Origin: Coriobacteriia bacterium
GTDB taxonomy: Bacteria > Actinomycetota > Coriobacteriia > Anaerosomatales > SLCP01
Direction of reading: 5' to 3'
Assembly (NCBI GenBank): GCA_007121015.1
Contig: SKMN01000003.1
Location: 4,413 to 68,412, forward strand
Length of the DNA: 64,000 bases
In this document: in pieces, positions 34,743-43,577 of the stretch
Layout of the letters: every line of letters begins with the position of its first letter
Numbering within the stretch: the first letter of the stretch is position 1
Notes under the pieces: model-generated
What the model saw: only the letters and a program-made list of their open reading frames with translations
Told to the model about the DNA's origin: nothing
Databases searched by the model: none
Translations under genes and position numbers: made by a program

Positions 34743-37364
34743 GTGCGGCCCACCGATCCGTCGCCCGATCCGGTTCAAGTCAGGGCCGGAACGGGCCGAT
34801 ACAACGGTGAAGGGGACGAAACCGCGGTTGCGGTCGATGTCTCTACGTGCACGCGAAAGGGGGATTGTCGGCCCGTGCCGCTCGACCAGCGACTGATCGA
34901 GCTCATAGGAACCGTCCACGACGTAGCCCCCGACGCAATAGTGTGTGTCGATTCCGACCTACGCATCGTATACGCCAACGAGGCCGCGACGCGCAGGGCT
35001 CGTGCATGTCGCGAAGACCTCATCGGCATGGCGTGTCACGACGCGATGGCGGGCCACGACATACCCTGCAGCGTGTGCCGGGCACGTGAGTCCTTCAGCA
35101 CCGGCATGAGCCTCACTCACCGGGGCCCGACCGGTCCCGGGGACACCGGCGACACCATCGAACGCACCTGGCACCCCATCCGCGACGAGACCGGCACGGT
35201 GCTCTGCGTCCTCGAGCAGATACACGTGGTCGACGCTCCGACGGACCCATCGGAGCCCACGCCCGAATGCGTCGCAGGCCACAGTCCGTGCGACTACATG
35301 GACACGACACCCGCGATCCTGCTCACCCTCGACCGCCAGGGCCGCATCACGCTCATCAACAAGACCGGCTACGAACTGCTCGGCGTGACCGAGGCGGAGG
35401 CGATCGGACGACGGCTCGTCGAGGACTTCGTCCAGACATCCGAGCGTCACGAGTGCACGCTGCACTTCGACGCGATCCTCGAGGCCGAAGCTCACGAGAT
35501 CGAACCGTGCGAGAACACCATCGTGCGCCCCGACGGGACGCAGCGGGTCATCGAATGGCACGCGACGGCGCTACACGATGACGACGGCACCGTGAACGGC
35601 ATCGTCGCCTCGGGCGTCGACGTCACGCGACGCAAGACTGCCGAATCCGAGCTGGTCTTCCATTCGTGGGTACTCGACCAGGCGAACGATTCCGTAATCG
35701 TCCACACGCCCGAGGGGTCGCCCGTGTACGCCAACGCGCGCGCCTGCGCGATGAGCGGCATGACCCGCGAAGAGCTCCTCGATCTCGAGCCGTTCGGCTG
35801 GCTGGCCGAGGACCACCGTTCGCTCCCGGACGCGGTACAAGAAACGCTCGCGTCCACGGGCTCCGCGATCTACGAGACGCTCTACCTCACCTCCAACGGC
35901 ACACACGTACCGGTCGAGGTACACGCGACGGCGATGGACGCCGATGGCCGCACCCTCATCGCCTCGGCGGGCCGGGACATCTCCGAGCGCAAGCGTGCCG
36001 AGCAGGCCATGACACGCCTCGCCTTCTACGACTCGCTCACCGGCCTGGCGAACCGGGCCCTCTTCCTCGACCGCCTCCGGCACGCCTCGGCGACCAAGGC
36101 GCGGGCGGGCGAGCGGCTCGCCGTGGCCTTCATCGACCTCGACCACTTCAAGACCATCAACGACACGCTCGGGCATCGGACCGGCGACGCGGTACTCGTC
36201 GAGGTCGCCCAGCGGCTCGCCGGTTGCCTGCGCGAGGCCGACACGCTCGCGAGGCTCGGTGGCGACGAGTTCACCGTACTCCTCGAAGGCGTCCAGTCGG
36301 AGCGCGACGCGGAGCTCGTGGCCACGAAGCTCATGGAGGCGCTGCAGGCCCCCCTGCGAGTCGCGGGCAACGAGATCCATCTCACCGCGAGCATCGGTGT
36401 CGCGCTCGGCGCCCCGGGCGACTCCGAGGACTCGGCAGCGCTCCTCGCACGAGCGGACACTGCGATGTACCGCGCGAAGCAGGGTGGCCGAGCGACGTAC
36501 TGCCTTCACGAACAGACGTATTCGGAGGACGCGTGCGAGCGCCTCGTCCTCTCGCGCGACCTCCACCATGCCCTCGAACTCGACGAGCTCGACGTCCATT
36601 TCCAGCCGATCGTACGCGTCGAAGACGGTCTTTTGAGCGGAGTCGAGGCGTTCGTGAGGTGGAACCATCCGTCCCTCGGCCCGGTGTCACCGGCGACGTT
36701 CCTCCCCATCGCCGAGGAGACCGGTCTCATCTCCAACGTGGGCGACTGGGTGCTCGAGGCCGCCGTCGAGCGGTTCGCGGGATGGCGCGCGAAGGGACTG
36801 CGTTCGGGGGTCCGTCTCACCGTCAACGTCTCCGCTCGCCAGCTCGCTACCGCAGGGCTGGCCGACCGCGTAGCCGCACTGCTCTCCGCGCACGGTATCG
36901 CCGGCGAGAACATCGAGTTCGAGGTGACCGAGGGCACCATCATGCACGAGACGGGGCTGGCCCGCGAGACGCTCGCCGCCCTCCGGGAGTTCGGGGTGCG
37001 CACCTCGATCGACGACTTTGGAAGCGGGTACTCGTCGCTCGAACAGATACTCGCGCTCAGCATCGACACCATCAAGATCGACCAGCACTTCGTCCGGGGG
37101 CTCGGGCGCAACGTGCAGGCGACCGCGATCTGCAGAGCGGTCATCTCGATGGGCGACCAGCTCGGACTCACCGTGGTCGCCGAAGGCGTCGAGACCCGGG
37201 TGCAGGCAGCCTGCCTGCGGGCCGAAGGGTGCCCGGAGATGCAAGGCTATCTCGTGAGTCCACCACTCCCCTCATCGGCGGCCGAGGCGCTGCTCACACG
37301 CGACTCTCTCATCCACTGGCGCACCCGCACTTCCGACCCCGACGTCGCTCGAGCGCCGCGCTGA
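34743..37364 (+). CDS. multi-PAS diguanylate cyclase/phosphodiesterase (GGDEF + EAL)
   Basis: Several PAS/PAC segments are followed by GGDEF (RLGGDEFTVLL, with RxxD-like LRHAS upstream) and an EAL domain (GVEAFVRW, DDFGSGYSSL, KIDQHFV). The true start may be GTG 34875. Confidence 0.85.
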   Translation: MRPTDPSPDPVQVRAGTGRYNGEGDETAVAVDVSTCTRKGDCRPVPLDQRLIELIGTVHDVAPDAIVCVDSDLRIVYANEAATRRARACREDLIGMACHDAMAGHDIPCSVCRARESFSTGMSLTHRGPTGPGDTGDTIERTWHPIRDETGTVLCVLEQIHVVDAPTDPSEPTPECVAGHSPCDYMDTTPAILLTLDRQGRITLINKTGYELLGVTEAEAIGRRLVEDFVQTSERHECTLHFDAILEAEAHEIEPCENTIVRPDGTQRVIEWHATALHDDDGTVNGIVASGVDVTRRKTAESELVFHSWVLDQANDSVIVHTPEGSPVYANARACAMSGMTREELLDLEPFGWLAEDHRSLPDAVQETLASTGSAIYETLYLTSNGTHVPVEVHATAMDADGRTLIASAGRDISERKRAEQAMTRLAFYDSLTGLANRALFLDRLRHASATKARAGERLAVAFIDLDHFKTINDTLGHRTGDAVLVEVAQRLAGCLREADTLARLGGDEFTVLLEGVQSERDAELVATKLMEALQAPLRVAGNEIHLTASIGVALGAPGDSEDSAALLARADTAMYRAKQGGRATYCLHEQTYSEDACERLVLSRDLHHALELDELDVHFQPIVRVEDGLLSGVEAFVRWNHPSLGPVSPATFLPIAEETGLISNVGDWVLEAAVERFAGWRAKGLRSGVRLTVNVSARQLATAGLADRVAALLSAHGIAGENIEFEVTEGTIMHETGLARETLAALREFGVRTSIDDFGSGYSSLEQILALSIDTIKIDQHFVRGLGRNVQATAICRAVISMGDQLGLTVVAEGVETRVQAACLRAEGCPEMQGYLVSPPLPSSAAEALLTRDSLIHWRTRTSDPDVARAPR

Positions 37365-37399
37365 CGTCCGCCGGAGCGTTGCTCGCTGCCGCCATCGCG

Positions 37400-38242
37400 T
37401 CACGGGACCGCGGTCAACGCCACAGCGACCAACGCTCCGGCGACACCCGCGCGCTGCAGCCACCGCAACCGCTCGCCCAGCACGAACCGTGCGAGCAGTA
37501 CGACGACGATCGGGTAAAGAGAGCCGAGCACCGCTGCCACGGCAAGCGGCCCGATGCGGATGGCCGTCAGCATCGTGATGCTCGCGCAACTGTCGAACAC
37601 CCCTGCCATCAGAGTGGCGCGCCGCGCCTCCGGTGTGACGAACGGAGTGCCGCTGCGCGCTGTCGCGAGCGCCGCGAGCAGCGTGACCGAGACGACACGG
37701 GCGCCGACGAGCGGCCACAACCCGCTCGCGAGCGTCGTGTTCGCGAGCGCGAGGAACGAGCCGGCGAACCCCACACCCGCGACGAGTGCGAGCGGGACGG
37801 CGCTCGGTTTGGTCACCACGCCGTCATCGGCACTGGGCGCCGCGGTCACCACGATGATCGCGACGAGTGCGAGCACGACCCCGATGCCGGTGGTCGGACC
37901 GAGCGGGGTGCCCCTCGCCACATCGATCGTCGCGGGGATGGCTCCGGCGAGTGCGGCGGTCATCGGTGCGACGACACTCATCCGCCCGCGCGCGAGCGCC
38001 GCGTAGAGCGCCACGACCCCGATACCTCCGCTCACGCCCGCGAGCGCACCCCACCCGATGTCCGGCCACACGCCACCGGTCGCACCGATCGCCGCCGACG
38101 CCGCCGCGAGGATGACGAGCCCGAGCATGTGCGAGGTCGCCGTGACCGACACGGCCGAATCGCGCTTGCTCGCAAACCCGCCGAGGAAGTCAGCGCACCC
38201 AAAGAGCGCCGATGTCGCTGTCGCCAGGAGTGGGGTGATCAT
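37400..38242 (-). CDS. EamA/DMT family transporter
   Basis: Ten hydrophobic segments form two EamA-like halves. The start is uncertain (ATG 38242, or 38314 as in the ORF track). Confidence 0.7.
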   Translation of the reverse strand: MITPLLATATSALFGCADFLGGFASKRDSAVSVTATSHMLGLVILAAASAAIGATGGVWPDIGWGALAGVSGGIGVVALYAALARGRMSVVAPMTAALAGAIPATIDVARGTPLGPTTGIGVVLALVAIIVVTAAPSADDGVVTKPSAVPLALVAGVGFAGSFLALANTTLASGLWPLVGARVVSVTLLAALATARSGTPFVTPEARRATLMAGVFDSCASITMLTAIRIGPLAVAAVLGSLYPIVVVLLARFVLGERLRWLQRAGVAGALVAVALTAVP

Positions 38243-38378
38243 GTGTGTCCAACCGCTGCCTCCGGGATGACCGCTCCCGATGATACACCTCACGAGCCTT
38301 GCGGGCCGCTGCATGACGGCTAGGCCGGGAGGGGAACACTCTTCAGTGAAGCTGTCCGTTCAGGTTCGGAGGTGACCG

Positions 38379-39305
38379 ATGGCCCGACCGAGTGATACCG
38401 GCCGGTTCGACATCGTGGTGATCGGGGCCGGGCCCGCGGGCCTGACCGCGGGCATGTACTGTGCCCGCCAGGGACTGGCGACCGCGGTGGTGGCCGGCGA
38501 GGTCGGCGGTCAGGCGGGGTGGGCCGGCAAGATCGACAACTACCTCGGCTGGCAGGCGATAACCGGTCCCGAGCTCGTGGCCGCGTTCCGCTCGCACGTC
38601 GCGCAGTTCGGCGTCGCATGTTACGAAGGTCGGCTCGTCAACGCGATCGTGCCCGAGGGCGAGGGGTTCGACGTGTTCACCCGCGAAGGGGACACCCTTC
38701 ACGCGTGGGCGCTCATCGTCGCGACGGGCAAAGCACCCAACCGCCTCGCCGTGCCTGGCGAGACCGAGTTCATCGGCCGAGGAGTGTCGTACTGCGCCAC
38801 GTGCGACGCTCCGTTCTTCGCCGACCTCGACGTCGCCGTCATCGGCCCGGGGGAGTCGGCCGCCGACGCGGCGCTGCAGCTCGCCGCGATCGGCGCCCGC
38901 GTGACCCTCATGACCAAGCGGCCGCTCAAAGCGCCCGAGGTCCTCCGCGGCAAACTCGAAGCGGAGCAGCACATCTCCGTGCAGGAGGGTGCGACCGTCA
39001 CGCGCATCGTGGGGGAGGACTCCGTGACGGGAGTGGAGTTCACGACAGGCGACGGCGAGGAGGTGCTTCCGGCGGCAGGCGTGTTCATCGAGACCGGGGC
39101 GATCGCAGCCGCCGACTTCACGGCGGGGCTCGTCGAGGTCAACGAGGAAGGAGAGATCGTCGTCGACCGGCGATGCGCGACGAGCCATCCGGGCATCTAT
39201 GCGGCGGGTGACGTGACAGACGGCCTCGGCAAGCAGGTCATCATCGCTGCCGGCGAGGGGGCCCGCGCGGCCGTGGCCGCCGGTAAGGACCTGAAGAGGA
39301 GATGA
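38379..39305 (+). CDS. thioredoxin-disulfide reductase-like FAD/NAD(P) oxidoreductase
   Basis: FDIVVIGAGPAGLTAG, the redox motif CATCDAPFF, a second dinucleotide fold VAVIGPGESAADAA and C-terminal YAAGDV are present. Confidence 0.8.
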   Translation: MARPSDTGRFDIVVIGAGPAGLTAGMYCARQGLATAVVAGEVGGQAGWAGKIDNYLGWQAITGPELVAAFRSHVAQFGVACYEGRLVNAIVPEGEGFDVFTREGDTLHAWALIVATGKAPNRLAVPGETEFIGRGVSYCATCDAPFFADLDVAVIGPGESAADAALQLAAIGARVTLMTKRPLKAPEVLRGKLEAEQHISVQEGATVTRIVGEDSVTGVEFTTGDGEEVLPAAGVFIETGAIAAADFTAGLVEVNEEGEIVVDRRCATSHPGIYAAGDVTDGLGKQVIIAAGEGARAAVAAGKDLKRR

Positions 39306-40150
39306 GGGGCGTGAGCGAGCGGACCGGGCGGACGGCGACGCGCGTCGCAGCCGCGACGGCCGTGGCGGCTGTCATCGCCGGTGCGGGATACGCGTTCACG
39401 ACGGCCCTCGTCATGCCCCTGCAAGACGCCCCGGAGTGGCTCGTCACCCGCCCTATCGCACACCGTGGCCTGCACACGGACGATTCCCGCGTCCCGGAGA
39501 ACTCAATGGCGGCATTTCGCGCCGCCGCCGATGGCGGACATCCCATCGAACTCGACGTGCACCTGTCCGCCGACGGCATCGCAGTCGTGTTCCACGACGA
39601 CACGCTCGAACGGATGACCAGTGATGCACGGGCGATCGGCGAGTTGACGACGGACGAACTCGCGCGAGTGCGCCTCCTCGACAGCGACGAACATATACCG
39701 ACGCTGGCGGAGGTGCTCGCACTCGTGGAAGGACGCGTGCCGATGCTTGTCGAGATCAAGCAAAGAGGTGACGTAGGCGCCCTCGAGCAGGCGGTCCTCG
39801 ACGATCTGGCAGCCTACCCCGGCGAATACGCCATCCAGTCGTTCAACCCGTTCTCGCTCGCATACGTGCGCCGCGCCGATCCCCGCATCGTCCGCGGGCA
39901 ACTCTCGGGCACGTTCTCCGAGGAGGACCTGCCCGCATGGCAGGTCTTCGCCCTGCACAACCTGCTCCTCAACTGGACGAGCAGACCGGCGTTCATCGGG
40001 TTCGAGATCGAGGCTCTGCCGACCTGGGGAACGTCGCTCCAGCGCGCTCGGGGCCGTCCGCTCATCGGATGGACCGCAGACGACCCGGAGTCGTTCGAGC
40101 GTGCGCAGCACCTGTGCGACGGGATCATCTTCGACCCCGGCGCGTTCTAG
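39302..40150 (+). CDS. glycerophosphodiester phosphodiesterase family protein (membrane anchored)
   Basis: IAHRGLH...PENSMAAF...IELDVHLSADGIAVVFHDDTLERMT are the GDPD catalytic motifs. There is an N-terminal TM, and the gene overlaps the upstream gene by ATGA. Confidence 0.8.
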   Translation: MRGVSERTGRTATRVAAATAVAAVIAGAGYAFTTALVMPLQDAPEWLVTRPIAHRGLHTDDSRVPENSMAAFRAAADGGHPIELDVHLSADGIAVVFHDDTLERMTSDARAIGELTTDELARVRLLDSDEHIPTLAEVLALVEGRVPMLVEIKQRGDVGALEQAVLDDLAAYPGEYAIQSFNPFSLAYVRRADPRIVRGQLSGTFSEEDLPAWQVFALHNLLLNWTSRPAFIGFEIEALPTWGTSLQRARGRPLIGWTADDPESFERAQHLCDGIIFDPGAF

Positions 40151-40176
40151 CCCGGTCGCACGTACGACCGGGCGCA

Positions 40177-40647
40177 CTAGCGCCTGAGGGTCGCCACCAG
40201 CCGTCTCGGGTCGACCAGCAGCCCGAGTGCGTCCGCGATCGAGGTGACGACGACGTCTGCCGCGCTCACAGCGGCCCCTGCAGCCCCTTCGGGGCCCACT
40301 ACACACACGCCGATGGCCGCCTCGGTGAGCATCCCCACGTCGTTCGCACCGTTCCCCACCGCCACGACCCCGCTCGCACCGAGGCGTCTGACGAACGCGG
40401 TCTTCTGGGAGTCTTCCATCCCCGGCTCGATGATCTCGACCGAGATCCCTAGCCGTGCAGCGGTCCGGGCGGCCGTGCCGCGGGTATCCGCTGTGATCAT
40501 CCAGACGGTCACGTCTCCTCCGAAGGTCTCCACGCCCTCGGCCACGCCGTCGACGAGAGAGCCATCGACCGAGATGGTGCCGTTGACATCGAGCACGACG
40601 TGCTCGATGGATATCGTACCGGTACCGGGAACATCTACGTCGATCAT
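40177..40647 (-). CDS. HAD-superfamily hydrolase (soluble P-type-ATPase-like, COG4087 type)
   Basis: 156 aa. LDVNGTIS (DxxGT-like) and VAVGNGANDVGML match the HAD/P-type ATPase hinge motifs. Confidence 0.65.
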   Translation of the reverse strand: MIDVDVPGTGTISIEHVVLDVNGTISVDGSLVDGVAEGVETFGGDVTVWMITADTRGTAARTAARLGISVEIIEPGMEDSQKTAFVRRLGASGVVAVGNGANDVGMLTEAAIGVCVVGPEGAAGAAVSAADVVVTSIADALGLLVDPRRLVATLRR

Positions 40648-40830
40648 GTCCGCCCCTCATCCGTTTTCGCATATATGTTCGCACATCGTATGGCCTGAAA
40701 CACCCGGGCGCGATACGATGGCGTATGTGTGGCGTTGACACCGTACGGGGGTCGGCACATAATCGACGTGTGTTCGGAAATGTTCCTATCTAGCAAGACG
40801 TTCCAGCAAGCGGCAGGAGGCGGCCCGATC

Positions 40831-41259
40831 ATGATCGACAGGGATGTGGCGTTCGAGCGCATACGCGAGGCGGGGCTGCGTCTCACCCCCCAGCGACGCG
40901 CGGTCATCGAGGAGCTGTCCGGGGACCGTTCTCACCCGCTCGCCGAGGACGTCGCGTCCCGTGTCGCCATGCGCGTGCCGGGAGTTTCGCTCTCGACGGT
41001 CTACAAGATACTGCACGAGCTGGGCGATCTCGACCTCATTCGCGAACTGTCGCTACCCGGCGCGATGCGCTTCGACCCCGACACCGAGTCACACGCGCAC
41101 CTGGTGTGCCCCGAGTGCAACGATATCATCGACGTCCCCCTCGATCCGGCGACGACCGACGTGCTGTCCGGCGCCGCGGAGAAGGCCACGGGAGCCGACG
41201 TCTCTCACATGGAGATCACACTGTACGGCACGTGTGCCGCATGCGGTCCCCGCGCCTGA
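40831..41259 (+). CDS. Fur family transcriptional regulator
   Basis: LRLTPQRRAVIEEL...STVYKILHEL is a winged helix. HAHLVCPECNDIIDV and LYGTCAACG are the metal sites. The start is at ATG 40831 after AGGAGG. Confidence 0.85.
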   Translation: MIDRDVAFERIREAGLRLTPQRRAVIEELSGDRSHPLAEDVASRVAMRVPGVSLSTVYKILHELGDLDLIRELSLPGAMRFDPDTESHAHLVCPECNDIIDVPLDPATTDVLSGAAEKATGADVSHMEITLYGTCAACGPRA

Positions 41260-43577
41260 CACGGGCACGGATCGCCGCCGAACTCCTCGGGGCCGACCCT
41301 GTCCCCTGGCTCCTCGCATCCGACGAACCGTACACGCGCTGGGTGACGCGCACGGAGATCCTCGGCGAACCGCCCGATTCGACCGCGGCTGCCGACGACC
41401 ACGAGGCACTCCTCGGGGATCCCGGTGTCCGTGGGCTTATCGAGACCCTCCCCGCGTGGGACGCGATCGCAACTGCCCCGGACCATCACAGTCCCGCGTT
41501 CCTGCCCAATCGCCTCAACCTCCTTGCCGACCTCGGTGTCCAGGGAGGTGACGACACCCGTATCGAGTCCCTCGTCGACGTGCTGCTCGCGCACCAGGAC
41601 CGTCACGGCCGCTTCACGTCGGCCGAAGCGGACGGCGGCAGACCCAAGCCCGAATCCGGGGCGGTGCTCTGCGACACCAACGTGATCGCCGATGTCGCCC
41701 TCCGGTTCGGCAGAGGCGACGACCCGCGCGTGAAGTCGGCGCTCGGGCGGATGCGCTCCGACCTCGCGACGACGCCTCAAGGCAAGGCGTGGCAGTGCGT
41801 CCCCGAGCGACGACCATTGCTCGCAGGCGTCTTCAGCAAGGCCGAAGTCTGCCCGCAGATCACCCTCGAGGGGCTCCGCGCGCTCTCCCGCGTGCATCCG
41901 CCCGGCGAGCGTCCGGCGTGGCTTCTGGAGGCGGCCCGCACCCCCCTCGCGGTCTGGCGAAAGCGCACCACCGACCGCCCGTACGGGTTCGGTCACGGCT
42001 ACCAGTTCAAGAGCGTGAAGTGGCCGAACTTCTGGTACGACGTGCTGTGGGTCCTCGAAACGGTAGGGAGGTACCCCGAGGTCTGGAGCGGATCGCGGTC
42101 GACCGCCGAGGACCGCCGCGCCGCCGCCGAGCTCGCTGCGTGCCTGATCGCCTACAACTTCGACGATGACGGGCGTGTCACGCCCAAGCGCGTGTACCCG
42201 GGCTTCGAGCAGTTCTCGTTCGGCTGCAAGACCGGGCCCTCCCCCTTCGCGACCGCTCGCTGCTTCGTGACGCTCACACGATTCACCGACCTTGCCGAGG
42301 AGATCGCGGGGGTCGACGTCGGGGCGCTCCCCGGCTCCGTCGGGGGCACCGGTGCCCCGGTCCCTCCGCGCCGTGCCACTCCGCCGTGCCCGACGCCGAC
42401 GCGCGTATCGACCTTCTCGACAGCGCGCGCGGTCATCCGGGTACTCGCCCGTCACCACCTCGGCATGGTGTGGGAACCAGCGACCATCGACACGATCGTC
42501 GGCGACATCGTCGGCGTCCAAGCCACCGGCCCCACGATCCCGTACTTCGCGCTCCACGCTCGCCTTCCCGAGACTCGTGTCGCCGACCTCGACTCCGCTC
42601 TCTACGAACGTCGCTCCCTCGTGCGCATCCGCTGCATGCGCGGGATGGTCTACGTGGTCCGCACAGACCTTCTCCCGGTCGTGTTCGCCGCAACCAACGC
42701 CGCGGTATCGCGCTACGCGCGGACGTACGCAGCGTTCCGCGGGGTCAAGGGAACCGATTACGAGCGGGTAGCCGAGCAGATCTGCACGCTCCTCAGCGAG
42801 CGGGGTCCGCTTACCACCGCGGAGATGCGAGACGAGCTCGACGTGTCGCTCGACGTGGCTGCGACGGTGAACCTCATGTCCGCCGAGGGCCGGCTGCTCA
42901 GAGACCGTCCGGTGGGCGGATGGCTCGACCGCCGCACCACGTACGTGCCGCTCGCCGACGCGCTCCCCGGCGTCCGGCTCGACTCCGTCCGCCAGGGCGA
43001 CGCCGACATCGCCCTCGTGCGGGCGCACGTCCGCGCGTTCGGCCCGGTCCTCGCCGAGGATACCTCGTGGTGGACGGGCCTCGGCCGCAAACGCACCGCC
43101 CGGGCGCTCCTCGCCCTCGGCGACGAGGTCGTGACGGTACGCCTGACCGACAGCGAGGGCGAGTTCCTCGCGCACGCCGCCGACGTCGACGAGCTCGCCG
43201 CGACCGGTGCTGCACCGAGCCCCGCGGTCGCCCTGCTGCCCGCCCTCGACCCGCTCGTGTCGGGCTACGCGCGCCGCGGCAGGTTCGTCGAAGACGCACG
43301 TCGCCCCTACGTCTTCGATCAGGCGAGCCGCGTCACCTCGGTCGTGCTCATCGACGGGCGTATCGAAGGCGTATGGGACATCGCCACCGAACCCGAGCCG
43401 GCGATACGCGTGCACCTTCTCGGCGAGGAGCGCCCGTCATGGCACGAGGCGGTCGAGGCTCACGCGAAGGAGGCCGGAGAGGTCCGCTTCGGGGCAGGCG
43501 TTCCGGTACGGTGGGTCGAGACGATGCAGCCCCTCATCGACCGCGCTCAGGGCGCGGTGTTCAAGCCGCTGCGCTGA
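41241..43577 (+). CDS. 779-aa fusion protein: N-terminal ~390-aa domain of unknown function + C-terminal winged-helix HTH_42/DUF1006 (AlkZ/YcaQ-like) domain
   Basis: It is a single uninterrupted frame. The C-terminal half has the HTH_42 family pattern (VGVQATGP, IRCMRGMVYVV, LLPALDPLVSGY, IDGRIEGVWDI). The N-terminal half has Q-x-x-x-G-x-F-like repeats (LLAHQDRHGRF), which weakly suggest an alpha/alpha toroid. The ATG overlaps the fur 3' end by 19 nt. Confidence 0.65.
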   Translation: MRSPRLTRARIAAELLGADPVPWLLASDEPYTRWVTRTEILGEPPDSTAAADDHEALLGDPGVRGLIETLPAWDAIATAPDHHSPAFLPNRLNLLADLGVQGGDDTRIESLVDVLLAHQDRHGRFTSAEADGGRPKPESGAVLCDTNVIADVALRFGRGDDPRVKSALGRMRSDLATTPQGKAWQCVPERRPLLAGVFSKAEVCPQITLEGLRALSRVHPPGERPAWLLEAARTPLAVWRKRTTDRPYGFGHGYQFKSVKWPNFWYDVLWVLETVGRYPEVWSGSRSTAEDRRAAAELAACLIAYNFDDDGRVTPKRVYPGFEQFSFGCKTGPSPFATARCFVTLTRFTDLAEEIAGVDVGALPGSVGGTGAPVPPRRATPPCPTPTRVSTFSTARAVIRVLARHHLGMVWEPATIDTIVGDIVGVQATGPTIPYFALHARLPETRVADLDSALYERRSLVRIRCMRGMVYVVRTDLLPVVFAATNAAVSRYARTYAAFRGVKGTDYERVAEQICTLLSERGPLTTAEMRDELDVSLDVAATVNLMSAEGRLLRDRPVGGWLDRRTTYVPLADALPGVRLDSVRQGDADIALVRAHVRAFGPVLAEDTSWWTGLGRKRTARALLALGDEVVTVRLTDSEGEFLAHAADVDELAATGAAPSPAVALLPALDPLVSGYARRGRFVEDARRPYVFDQASRVTSVVLIDGRIEGVWDIATEPEPAIRVHLLGEERPSWHEAVEAHAKEAGEVRFGAGVPVRWVETMQPLIDRAQGAVFKPLR

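Noticed and set aside
41205-43415. A 736-aa minus-strand ORF. Similar long shadows occur at 35666-38323, 1184-2383, 7595-8695 and 39503-40741.
   Set aside because: Each is antisense to, or out of frame with, genes that have clear family motifs. Their compositions are Arg/Pro/Gly-dominated and no SDs are present. They are treated as artefacts of high GC.
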